From positions 3,666 to 67,665 of the forward strand of contig JAZSEC010000024.1 of the NCBI GenBank assembly GCA_045531485.1: a stretch of DNA of 64,000 nucleotides, in the 5' to 3' direction. Position numbers and translations under genes: made by a program. Origin of the DNA: Eubacteriales bacterium. GTDB lineage: Bacteria > Bacillota > Clostridia > Oscillospirales > CAG-272. How positions within the stretch are numbered: the stretch's first letter is position 1; the number at the start of each line of letters is the position of its first letter. Positions 1-8,577 of this stretch are shown here, piece by piece. Under the pieces are notes generated by a model. It saw only the letters and a program-made list of their open reading frames with translations, was not told the DNA's origin and did no database searches.

Positions 1-1
1 A

Positions 2-82
2 TCCGCTCCCCTCTTCATCGTGTTCCTCTTCTTCCGTAAGTACATTATGAAGGGCGTTTCCAGATCCGGTATCAAGGGTTAA
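2..82 (+). CDS. 3' end of a carbohydrate-type ABC transporter permease (partial, runs off the window start)
   Basis: Frame 2 reads ...PLFIVFLFFRKYIMKGVSRSGIKG, stop TAA at 80-82. A hydrophobic last helix plus a basic tail ending in KG is typical of MalG/LplC-type permeases. A solute-binding lipoprotein gene follows 58 nt later. Confidence 0.55.
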   Translation, partial: SAPLFIVFLFFRKYIMKGVSRSGIKG

Positions 83-140
83 TTAATCTCGTTTTAATGA
101 CGAAAGTCTTAAAAATAAACAAAAAAGGAAGGACAAACCA

Positions 141-1544
141 ATGAAAAAGCATCTTTTGGCACTTCTCGTTCTCGTTACTATGCTCGTAAACATTTTCGCA
201 ATGTCGAGCTGTAACCTTCTCCCCGGCAACGGAGGTGGTGAGGGCGGCGAAGAAGAAGGTAAGATCAACATTACCTTCTACCACACCATGGGCGAAAACC
301 TCAGAACTGTTCTTAACTACTACATTGAGGACTTCGAGGCTCTCTTCCCCAACATCAACGTAATTCATGAGCAGGTTGGTAGCTACGACGACGTTCGTGA
401 CACCATTTCCACCGAGCTCACCGTTGGTGCACAGCCTAACATCGCTTACTGCTATCCCGACCACGTTGCTCTTTACAACGTTGCAATGGCTGTAACCGTT
501 CTTGACGACTACATCGACTTCGAGGGCTCCTACACCTTCGCAGACGGCGTTACCGTAGAGAACGTTGGCCTTACCCCTGCACAGAAGGACGACTTCATCC
601 AGGGTTACTACAACGAGGGTAGACAGTTCGGTGACGGCAAGATGTACTCTCTCCCCCTCTCCAAGTCTACCGAGGTTCTTTACTACAACAAGACCTTCTT
701 CGACAAGGAAGGACTCACTCCTCCCACCACCTGGGAAGAGATGGAAGAGGTTTGTGCATACATTAAGAACAAGTACCCCGATTCTACTCCTCTTGGATAC
801 GACTCCGAGGCTAACTGGTTCATCACTATGTGCGAGCAGCTTGGCACACCCTACACCTCCGCAACCGGCGAACACTTCCTCTTCGACAATCCTGCTAACC
901 ATGCATTTGTTAAGGACTTCAGAGAGTGGTTCGTTAAGGGCTACGTAACTACCCAGGATATCCTTGGCGGTTACACCTCCGATATCTTCAAGACCCAGAA
1001 GTCTTACATGTCCATCGGTTCTTCCGCAGGTGCAAAGCACCAGTCTCCCGATGACGGTTCCTTCGAGGTAGGTATCGTTCCCATTCCTCAGGTTAACGCT
1101 GAGAACGGTAAGGTTATTTCCCAGGGTCCCTCTCTCTGCATCCTTGAGAACACTAACCAGGATGAGGTTATGGCTTCTTGGCTCTTCGTTAAGTTCCTTA
1201 CCACCAACGTTGGCTTCCAGGCTGAGTTCTCCGAGGCTTCCGGTTACGTTCCCGTAATCAAGTCCGTTGCATCCGACCCCGATTACATGGAGTTCCTTGA
1301 CAGTGCAAACGGCTACGAGGACGGTATCGCAGCTTACTCTGCAAGAGTATGTCTTGAGCAGGAATCCTACTACTACACCTCTCCTGCATTCAACGGTTCT
1401 TCTACCGCTCGTGACCAGGTAGGTGCTCTTCTCCAGAAGTGCTTCGCTATCAGTGCTAACGACGACGCCGGCGTGGATGCGGCTATCAAGGCAGCATTCA
1501 AGGATGCGGTTGACGAATGTAAGTATCAGGTAGGCGGAAACTAA
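141..1544 (+). CDS. ABC transporter extracellular solute-binding lipoprotein (family 1 / CUT1-like), ligand unknown
   Basis: 467-aa ORF with RBS AAGGAAGGA upstream. Signal peptide and lipobox AMSSC, then a G/E-rich linker GNGGGEGGEEEG. Size and layout fit family-1 SBPs, and it directly follows a permease gene. Confidence 0.85.
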   Translation: MKKHLLALLVLVTMLVNIFAMSSCNLLPGNGGGEGGEEEGKINITFYHTMGENLRTVLNYYIEDFEALFPNINVIHEQVGSYDDVRDTISTELTVGAQPNIAYCYPDHVALYNVAMAVTVLDDYIDFEGSYTFADGVTVENVGLTPAQKDDFIQGYYNEGRQFGDGKMYSLPLSKSTEVLYYNKTFFDKEGLTPPTTWEEMEEVCAYIKNKYPDSTPLGYDSEANWFITMCEQLGTPYTSATGEHFLFDNPANHAFVKDFREWFVKGYVTTQDILGGYTSDIFKTQKSYMSIGSSAGAKHQSPDDGSFEVGIVPIPQVNAENGKVISQGPSLCILENTNQDEVMASWLFVKFLTTNVGFQAEFSEASGYVPVIKSVASDPDYMEFLDSANGYEDGIAAYSARVCLEQESYYYTSPAFNGSSTARDQVGALLQKCFAISANDDAGVDAAIKAAFKDAVDECKYQVGGN

Positions 1545-1593
1545 TCTTTCTAAAATCTATCAATAGGTAGAGAAAATCTATTAAGAAAGTAGA

Positions 1594-2928
1594 TTGAAAC
1601 GAATGAAGCAGCTTAATAAATTATTAGCTTTGCTTCTCCTCGTATGTACCCTTATCTCCAGCCTTGTCGCTTGTGATTTCGGCAAGGGTGGAGATGAGCT
1701 TACCGACTTCGTAAGCCAGGTTAAGCTCGATATGAACTCCGAGACCCTCAAGCAAGAGGTTACGGTTAAGGCGTACATAGACGGAGACACCACGCACTTC
1801 TACGTTCCCACGTCTGTAAGTAAGACCGGAATACTTAAGGCAAGATATCTTGCTATTAACACCCCCGAGTCTACCGGTAAGATCGAGGAATACGGTAAGA
1901 AGGCGTCCAATTTCACAAAAACCAAGCTGAAGGAAGCCGAGAAAATCATCGTTGAGTCCGACGATGGTAAGTGGAACGTTGACTCCACCGGCGACAGATA
2001 TCTCGTATGGGTATGGTACAAGCCCGTTGGCGGCGATGAGTACAGAAACCTTAATCTCGAGATCCTTCAGGAGGGCCTTGCAATAGCATCCAACTCCAGC
2101 CAGAACCGTTACGGTACATACTGCGTTGCTGCTATCGATCAGGCAAGATCCCACAAGCTTAACTGCCACTCGGATGTTCCGGACCCCGATTATTACTACG
2201 GCGAGGCAATTGAGCTTACAATCAGCGAGCTTCGTGGAAACATCGAGAGCTACGAAGGTGCTAAGGTTGCATTCAACGGTATCGTTACCGAGAAATACAA
2301 CAACGGCGTATACGTTGAGGCTTATGATGATGAAACGGGCATGTATAACGGAATGTACGTTTACTACGGCTTCAACCTTTCGGGTGCAGGCATCAGAATC
2401 CTCTCCGTAGGTAACGAGGTTCGTATCGTTGGTACCGTATCCTACTACGAAACCGGCGATTCCTGGCAGGTGTCAGGCCTCCAGTACCGCTCCAGAGTTG
2501 AGGATGATCCCGACAACATCCAGAAGCTTAGTGAAGGTAACACTCCCTCCTATCTCCCCACCACCGCAGAGCAGTTCACCTCTAAGGTAAACCGCGTTGT
2601 TATCGAGGATGGCGAGGAGGTTCTCAAGGAATTCGATTATGCAAAGCTTTGTCTTGCTACATCGATCTCCATGAACGGACTCCAGGTAGTAAGAACCTAT
2701 ACTACCGACAACGAGGAAAGCTCCTCGAACGGTGCTATCACCATTACCTGTAAGGTTGGCGATATCACAATTGACGTACGTACGACCGTACTCAGAGATG
2801 CAGACGGTAACGTTGTTACAGAAGATCTCTTCAAGGGAAAGACCATCGACGTTAAGGGCGTTATTGACTGCTTCCAGGGAACATACCAGATCAAGGTGTT
2901 CTCACTTGAAGATATTGTTATTCACTAA
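1594..2928 (+). CDS. Secreted thermonuclease (staphylococcal nuclease, SNase family) lipoprotein with a C-terminal OB-fold module
   Basis: Lipobox LVAC. SNase signatures YIDGDTTHF (DGDT at 1780-1791) and ARYLAINTPES...EYGKKASNFTK...GDRYLVWVW...NLEILQEGLA run parallel to S. aureus nuclease (DGDT, VDTPE, YGPEAS, GRGLAYIY, LVRQGLA). The C-terminal AKVAFNGIVTEKYNNGVYVEA...VRIVGTVSYYETG looks like an OB fold. The start could be TTG 1594 or ATG 1603. Confidence 0.85.
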   Translation: MKRMKQLNKLLALLLLVCTLISSLVACDFGKGGDELTDFVSQVKLDMNSETLKQEVTVKAYIDGDTTHFYVPTSVSKTGILKARYLAINTPESTGKIEEYGKKASNFTKTKLKEAEKIIVESDDGKWNVDSTGDRYLVWVWYKPVGGDEYRNLNLEILQEGLAIASNSSQNRYGTYCVAAIDQARSHKLNCHSDVPDPDYYYGEAIELTISELRGNIESYEGAKVAFNGIVTEKYNNGVYVEAYDDETGMYNGMYVYYGFNLSGAGIRILSVGNEVRIVGTVSYYETGDSWQVSGLQYRSRVEDDPDNIQKLSEGNTPSYLPTTAEQFTSKVNRVVIEDGEEVLKEFDYAKLCLATSISMNGLQVVRTYTTDNEESSSNGAITITCKVGDITIDVRTTVLRDADGNVVTEDLFKGKTIDVKGVIDCFQGTYQIKVFSLEDIVIH

Positions 2929-2973
2929 ATGATTAAACCAAAATTATATTTTTTTAATAAAGAAGGAGCAATC

Positions 2974-5448
2974 ATGAAAAAAATCTTATCTTTAATTCTC
3001 ATCGCTGTTCTCTGCCTTGGTATTTTCACCGGCTGTGAACTCCTCAACAAGATTCCCGGCCTCGGCGGCAACGGCGACAATGGCGACAATGGCGAAAACA
3101 TTGAGTACAACCTCCCCAAGGCTGCTGAGTACATCAGCACTCTCTACAGAGGCAACCCCAATGAGGACGGCCTTGTTATCACTCAGAGCGACTTTACCGT
3201 AGTAGGTCAGTGCAGAATTAAGGCTGTTCCCTACACCGTAAACTGGTCTGTTGATAACGAGCTTGTTAAGGTAACCAAGGGCGAGGACGGCAACTGGACT
3301 GTTGACGTTACCTCCGATTCCGAGGTTGCTTACGACTACAAGCTTACCGCTACCATCATCGCAGGTGACAACACCAGCACCGAGGTAGTATTCAACTTCC
3401 ACGTTAACGCTTACGTTCTCTCCTCCTTCGAGGAGTACATGGCAGCAGGTCAGGATGACGTTGTTACCATTGAGGGTGTTGTTGTTGGTATCAACGCAAA
3501 GAGCCTTGGTAACTCCAGAAACCACCTCTTCCTTGCAGACCAGAACGTTGTTGGCGGTTACTACATTTATCAGATGGATGCTGACCCCATCGAGTCCGGC
3601 ATCAAGCTTGGTATGACCGTATCCGTTACCGGTCCCGTTTCTCCCTACTCCGGCATGCAGGAGATCAAGGGCGGTGTTGCTACCATCATCGACGAGACCA
3701 TCAAGGATCCCTTCGTTCCTGTTGACATCACCGAGGCTTTCAAGAACGGTGATTCTCTCAAGAACTACGTAGGTCTTCCCGTAACCATTAAGGGCGTTAC
3801 CATCGGCAGCCAGGATCTTGCAACCTCCAGCAGCCAGTACCTCTACTTCGAGCTTAACGGTGTTAAGTCTTATGTAAGAACCTACATCACCGACTTCCCC
3901 ACCGGCCTTGAGATCGTAGTTAACGAGGACACCACTGTTACCAGTGCTGACAAGACCGCTATCGACGAGGCTCACGCAGCTAAGTTCGGTTGGACTGCTA
4001 ACGCTACCGGTATTCTTGTTCTTTACAACAGTGCTCCCTATCTCATTCCTATGGACACCAACTGCTTCGAGTATCTCGAGTTCGTTGAGAAGACTGCTGA
4101 CGAGAAGATCGCAGCTGAGCTTGACGGTCTTACCTTCGAGAGCACCTTCACCTCCGATACAGTTGTAGATCTTCTTCTTGCAGGTAAGAACTACTCTGAC
4201 GTAGCTATTTCCTGGGCTTCCGATAACGATGCAATCGCTATCGCAGACGGCAAGGCTACTATCGTTGTTCCCGAGAAGGGCGTTACTGTAAAGCTTACCG
4301 CTACCCTTACCTGCGGCGACAAGTCCGCTACTAAGGAGTTCGAGGTTAAGGTTTCCAAGTCCCTCACCGCTATTCCTGAAATCATCGAGATCGCTAACGG
4401 TCTTGAAAATAAGGGTCCCACCACTGAGGCAATGTACCTTGTAGCAGGTGTTGTTACCGAGATCAAGAATGAGAAGTACGGTAACCTCTACATCACCGAC
4501 TCTCTTGGCAACAAGCTCTACGTTTACGGTCTCTATGACGCAGCTGGCAACAGATATGACGCTATGGAGAACAAGCCCGCAGTTGGCGACTACCTCGTAG
4601 TTCTCTCCGTTGTTGGTCTCTACAACGAGCCCCAGCTTAAGAACGCTGTAATCGATACTCACATCACCGCTACCTCTATCGAGGATGCAAACGCTGCAGG
4701 TAATGCACTTGAGAACAAGGGCGATCCTTCTGCAGAGAAGTATCTTGTTTCCGGTGAGATCACCGAGATCAAGAGCGACAAGTATGGTAACATGTACCTC
4801 AAGGATGCAGCTGGCAACACTATCTACGTATACGGCCTCTACAGCGATGACGGTGCTATCAGATACGACGGTATGGAGGTTAAGCCCGCAGTTGGCGATA
4901 CCGTTACCGTACTCGGCGTTCTCAGCAACTACAACGGTGCACAGGTTAAGAATGCTTGGCTCGTTGCTCACACCGTAAAGGCTACCGATACTCCCGTTGA
5001 GCCCGAGACTCCCGTTGAGCCTGAGACTCCCGTTGTTACCGACGGCAAGTATGTTTTCGGCAACTACACCGCAGGCGAGCAGTATGCTACCGAGACTCAC
5101 AAGCTTAGCGACAACGTATCCCTTGCTATCTCCGACTGTCACCTCACCTCTCAGCTCAGAATTTACTTCAGCGAAGTTAACAACTACAACCCCAACGGCC
5201 GTAAGGGCGTTGCCGTTTTCACTCTTTCCTCCGCTGCTACTAAGTTCGTTGTAAGTGCAGGCGAGAAGACCGGTAAGATCGCAGTTTTCGGTTCCACCGA
5301 TGGCGAGAACTGGACCGCACTTACTACTCTTGAGCCCACCAAAGAGTACACCGAGTATGAGGTTGCTCTTGGCGACGGTGCGTACACCTATCTCAAGCTT
5401 GAGGCAGTTGATGCACAGGCTAGAGTTGATTACGTAATCATCAAGTAA
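2974..5448 (+). CDS. Large surface lipoprotein with three OB-fold-like modules and an uncharacterised C-terminal beta domain
   Basis: RBS AAGGAG 6 nt before ATG 2974; the track start at 2929 lacks an RBS. Lipobox FTGC then the linker GGNGDNGDNGEN. OB-like modules sit at 3454-3678, 4432-4653 and 4738-4962; the last two share KYGN(L/M)Y..D..GN..YVYG...KPAVGD.V.V...V..YN...Q.KNA. A PVEPET linker follows, then a C-terminal domain ending ARVDYVIIK. Confidence 0.75.
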   Translation: MKKILSLILIAVLCLGIFTGCELLNKIPGLGGNGDNGDNGENIEYNLPKAAEYISTLYRGNPNEDGLVITQSDFTVVGQCRIKAVPYTVNWSVDNELVKVTKGEDGNWTVDVTSDSEVAYDYKLTATIIAGDNTSTEVVFNFHVNAYVLSSFEEYMAAGQDDVVTIEGVVVGINAKSLGNSRNHLFLADQNVVGGYYIYQMDADPIESGIKLGMTVSVTGPVSPYSGMQEIKGGVATIIDETIKDPFVPVDITEAFKNGDSLKNYVGLPVTIKGVTIGSQDLATSSSQYLYFELNGVKSYVRTYITDFPTGLEIVVNEDTTVTSADKTAIDEAHAAKFGWTANATGILVLYNSAPYLIPMDTNCFEYLEFVEKTADEKIAAELDGLTFESTFTSDTVVDLLLAGKNYSDVAISWASDNDAIAIADGKATIVVPEKGVTVKLTATLTCGDKSATKEFEVKVSKSLTAIPEIIEIANGLENKGPTTEAMYLVAGVVTEIKNEKYGNLYITDSLGNKLYVYGLYDAAGNRYDAMENKPAVGDYLVVLSVVGLYNEPQLKNAVIDTHITATSIEDANAAGNALENKGDPSAEKYLVSGEITEIKSDKYGNMYLKDAAGNTIYVYGLYSDDGAIRYDGMEVKPAVGDTVTVLGVLSNYNGAQVKNAWLVAHTVKATDTPVEPETPVEPETPVVTDGKYVFGNYTAGEQYATETHKLSDNVSLAISDCHLTSQLRIYFSEVNNYNPNGRKGVAVFTLSSAATKFVVSAGEKTGKIAVFGSTDGENWTALTTLEPTKEYTEYEVALGDGAYTYLKLEAVDAQARVDYVIIK
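3064..3099 (+). repeat. Post-lipobox linker repeat (GGNGDNGDNGEN)
   Basis: ggcgacaat is repeated in frame immediately after the lipobox. Confidence 0.8.
4990..5034 (+). repeat. 18-bp coding repeat (TPVEPE) x2.5
   Basis: actcccgttgagcccgag / actcccgttgagcctgag / actcccgtt. Confidence 0.85.
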
Positions 5449-5470
5449 TCTTTAAAACTCAATATTTTAA

Positions 5471-5500
5471 GAGCCACACCTTCGGGTGTGGCTCTTTTTT
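5471..5500 (+). terminator. Rho-independent terminator
   Basis: gagccacacc-ttcg-ggtgtggctc followed by tttttt. Confidence 0.85.
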
Positions 5501-5573
5501 CGCTTGTTTGCTTCGACCTTACTGACGCTCGCTTTAAAGTATATTTAATAATTACATTAATTAATAAAAAGAC

Positions 5574-5603
5574 TTGATTTCTATTTACTTAGTATGATAT
5601 AAT
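5574..5603 (+). promoter_or_regulatory. Sigma-70-type promoter for the 5663 lipoprotein gene
   Basis: TTGATT, 18 nt, then TGATATAAT (TG-extended -10), about 60 nt upstream of the start. Confidence 0.55.
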
Positions 5604-5662
5604 TATTAGAGTGAGAAACTATTTTAATTTAATACAAAAATTTAATACAAAGGAGACTCAAA

Positions 5663-8434
5663 ATGAAAAGAATCATTTGTCTTATCCTCGCGATGGTGCT
5701 CTGCCTTGCAGTGTTCACCGGCTGTGAGCAGATCGAAGGCATCCTTGGCAACCTCGGTATCGGCGGCAGCACTACCGACGAGGGCGTTGACAAGGCTCAC
5801 ACCTATCTGTCCGAAATGTATAAGGACCTTAGTGGCTCTCATGCAAAGGACTTTGACGTTGTGGCTCAGGTTGTTATCGGCGGTGTTAAGTACCCCGTAG
5901 CATGGACTGCTGACAGCGACAAGGTTACTATCAGAGAAAGCGTTAAGACCGGCTACTACACCGTAGACGTTCCCGACGACAATGCGGAGGAATTCAGCTT
6001 TACTCTTACCGCAACCATCTCCTCTACCTCCAGCAAGGCAACCAAGGACAAGACCTTTACTATCAAGGTTCCCGCGGCTACTGCTGAGGACGTTCTCTCC
6101 ATTCCCGCAGCTCTCGAGCTCGGTAAGGCACAGGCAAACAGCTCCTACACTACCGAAAAGTACTACGTAACAGGTAAGGTTACCAGCATCACCAACGAAA
6201 TGTACGGCAACCTTTACATCGCAGACGAGGACGGCAACGAGATCCTTGTTTACGGTACGTACGATGCTACCGGTAAGGTAAGATTCGATAAGATGGCTAC
6301 CAAGCCTGCAGTTGGTGACACCGTTACCTTCTACAGCGTTGTTGGTAACTATAACGGTACTCCCCAGCTCAAGAACGGCTGGCTCGTAGCTATTAACGGC
6401 GAGGAGCTTGGCGGTGGCAGCCAGGGCGGAGACAATGGCAACGGTGGCAACACCAGCGGCGTTCTTCTCGATATGATGGGCTCTACCAACGTTGAGAGCT
6501 ACTCTGCAACCCAGCTTATCTACTCCGCAAACGGCATCACTCTTACCAACGATAAGAACAGCTCCAGCACCGACTGCTATAACAACACCAGCAGCTATGC
6601 TGCAAGATTCTATGCAGGTTCTACCATTAAGATCGAGTACAAGGGAATGACCAAGATCGTTCTTACTCTCGATGATTATTCTCCCGACGGAACCAAGACC
6701 TATCTTGCAGGCTTCGACGGTATGAGCGTTGAGGGTGCGACCATCGTTCGTAACCACGACGTAGTTACCATTTACTTCGCAGCAGCTACCGACGTATTCC
6801 AGTCTGCAGCACTCGGCTCTCAGGTCAGAGTTGAACAGATCGAGGTATTCACCGGTGCGGTTGAGACTCCTCCTGCAGATGATGAAAACCAGGGCGGAGG
6901 CGAGGCTAACTATGATGCTCCCGTAGCAAATCAGGCATACAAGCTTTACCTCGTTCAGGGTAACGAAAACAAGACCTACTACTTCGCAGGTACTATGGAT
7001 GCAGATAAGGGTACATACCTTGCAACCACCGTGGACTACGCTGCATCTGTTGACATCTTCTTCGAGACCGTTTCGGGTGGATATCACATCTACTTCATGA
7101 ACGGTAACGACAAGACCTACATCAACGCAGCTGCTTATCTTAAGGATAACGGCTATGCAGGCTGCCACTTCGAGCTTGGCTCCGAGCCCATCTGCGTATG
7201 GACCTACAACACCACCTACGGCATCATCGAGGTTTATGATGAGATCGAGGGCAAGTCTGATACCTTCTTCGCAGGTACCTACGGCTCATACAACACCATC
7301 TCCCTCTCCGGTGCGTACTACAAGGATCAGATTTCCTCCGGCACTCAGTTCCCTGCAAGAATCGTTATTTCCGACGGCAAGGCTCCCGAGCAGGGCGGCA
7401 ACCAGGGCGGCAACGACTCCGGTAACCAGGGCGGCAATGACTCCGGTAACCAGGGCGGCAATGACTCTGCAAGCGGCTACGTTAATGCAACCGTGCTTGA
7501 CGAAAACACCCTTTACCTCCTCGGAGGTAAGAACAAGGCGGGTGCTATCTACTTCAAGGGCACTCTTACCGGCGGCCGTATCGACGCTGATGCAAATGCA
7601 TCCGGTGCGGTAGGCGTTAAGCTTGAGGCTACCGAGGTAGCAGGCGAGTATTACATCTACTTCGAAAGCAACGGAACAAGAACCTATATCGGTGCTAATT
7701 CCGCTGCAACCGAGAACAAGACCTCTCAGTTCCTTCTTGCTACCGAGAAGGGTGAGGATTACGTATGGATTATCGACGTTGATGCACAGACCATCGTGGC
7801 AAAGGCATTCTCCGGCAGATTTATCGCTACCAACGTGACCTCCGAGTACAATAACTTCAGCACCTACTCCACCTCCAATCTTGGCAAGGCTGAGTATGCA
7901 GGTGCATGGCTTCTCGTTCCCGGCGAGGGTGGCAGCACCACTCCCGAGACTCCTGAGAATCCCGAAACTCCCGAGAATCCCGAGAATCCTGAAACTCCCG
8001 AGAATCCCGAAACTCCCGAAACTCCCGTTGACCCCGTTCCCTCCGGATCGGTAGAGATCTCCTTCTCCGACGTAGCAAACAGAGTAAGCTTCGAAGCCTC
8101 CGAGCAGGTTTGGGAGCAGAACGGTATCAAGGTTATCAACGAGAAGGCAGGCAGCACCTCTAACGTTGCTGACTACTCCAACCCTGCAAGATTCTACAAG
8201 AACTCCAACCTTACCGTTGAGTACGCAGGCATGATCAAAATCGACTTCGTATGCGATACCCCCAGTTATGCAAACGCACTCGTAGCGGCAATCGCAGAGA
8301 CCGACGGTGTTAGCGTAAGCTCTGACGGTGCGGTTGTTACCGTTACCTTCAGCGAGGCTGTTTCCAGCTTCACCATCTCCGCTCTTTCCGGCGGTCAGGT
8401 TCGTATGGACGGCATCACCGTATACACCAAGTAA
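5663..8434 (+). CDS. Large surface lipoprotein, paralogue of 2974-5448 (one OB-like module, duplicated unknown domains)
   Basis: RBS AAGGAG; lipobox FTGC. The OB-like module at 6158-6385 (KYYVTGKVTSITNEMYGNLYIADEDGNEILVYG...KPAVGDTVTFYSVVGNYNGTPQLKNGWL) closely matches the modules of the upstream gene. It has an internal duplication of an approximately 150-aa domain (about 6940-7370 and 7510-7920). It also has two copies of a domain containing ARFY...(I/V)EY.GM.KI and ending QVR...I.V(F/Y)T (about 6460-6850 and 8040-8431). Confidence 0.75.
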   Translation: MKRIICLILAMVLCLAVFTGCEQIEGILGNLGIGGSTTDEGVDKAHTYLSEMYKDLSGSHAKDFDVVAQVVIGGVKYPVAWTADSDKVTIRESVKTGYYTVDVPDDNAEEFSFTLTATISSTSSKATKDKTFTIKVPAATAEDVLSIPAALELGKAQANSSYTTEKYYVTGKVTSITNEMYGNLYIADEDGNEILVYGTYDATGKVRFDKMATKPAVGDTVTFYSVVGNYNGTPQLKNGWLVAINGEELGGGSQGGDNGNGGNTSGVLLDMMGSTNVESYSATQLIYSANGITLTNDKNSSSTDCYNNTSSYAARFYAGSTIKIEYKGMTKIVLTLDDYSPDGTKTYLAGFDGMSVEGATIVRNHDVVTIYFAAATDVFQSAALGSQVRVEQIEVFTGAVETPPADDENQGGGEANYDAPVANQAYKLYLVQGNENKTYYFAGTMDADKGTYLATTVDYAASVDIFFETVSGGYHIYFMNGNDKTYINAAAYLKDNGYAGCHFELGSEPICVWTYNTTYGIIEVYDEIEGKSDTFFAGTYGSYNTISLSGAYYKDQISSGTQFPARIVISDGKAPEQGGNQGGNDSGNQGGNDSGNQGGNDSASGYVNATVLDENTLYLLGGKNKAGAIYFKGTLTGGRIDADANASGAVGVKLEATEVAGEYYIYFESNGTRTYIGANSAATENKTSQFLLATEKGEDYVWIIDVDAQTIVAKAFSGRFIATNVTSEYNNFSTYSTSNLGKAEYAGAWLLVPGEGGSTTPETPENPETPENPENPETPENPETPETPVDPVPSGSVEISFSDVANRVSFEASEQVWEQNGIKVINEKAGSTSNVADYSNPARFYKNSNLTVEYAGMIKIDFVCDTPSYANALVAAIAETDGVSVSSDGAVVTVTFSEAVSSFTISALSGGQVRMDGITVYTK
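7397..7468 (+). repeat. 24-bp coding repeat x3 (GNQGGNDS)
   Basis: Three near-identical 24-bp units of the form ggcaaccagggcggcaacgactcc. Confidence 0.9.
7943..8026 (+). repeat. Pro-Glu-(Thr/Asn) coding repeat (PETPENPETPENPENPETPENPETPETP)
   Basis: Repeated cccgagact / cccgagaat 9-bp units. Confidence 0.9.
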
Positions 8435-8450
8435 TTTCTTTACTAAATAA

Positions 8451-8483
8451 AAACCGCATCCCTCGGGGTGCGGTTTTCTTTTT
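8451..8483 (+). terminator. Rho-independent terminator
   Basis: aaccgcatccc / ggggtgcggtt stem followed by a T-run. Confidence 0.8.
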
Positions 8484-8513
8484 GCTTTTCGCTTCTATAT
8501 TTTGTAAAAGCAC

Positions 8514-8542
8514 TTGATTATGTGCGTAATAAATGATATAAT
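8514..8542 (+). promoter_or_regulatory. Sigma-70-type promoter for the RNase lipoprotein gene
   Basis: TTGATT, 17 nt, then TGATATAAT. Confidence 0.55.
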
Positions 8543-8577
8543 GCTATTGTAGAAATTTGCGTCTGCGAGGAAAACGA

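Noticed and set aside
2929-2973. Upstream-extended ORF starts in the track: 2929, 8557, 12647, 14547, 28717, 39012, 47678, 50621, 51936 and 52044.
   Set aside because: In each case an internal ATG has a proper GGAGG-like RBS. That ATG begins the signal peptide or conserved N-terminus, or removes an overlap with the neighbouring gene. The extensions lack an RBS, and some start at TTG or GTG.
7857-8157. Minus-strand ORFs with SREFRDSREF / GVSGFSGVSG repeats.
   Set aside because: They are the antisense reading of the PETPEN coding repeat of the 5663-8434 lipoprotein gene.
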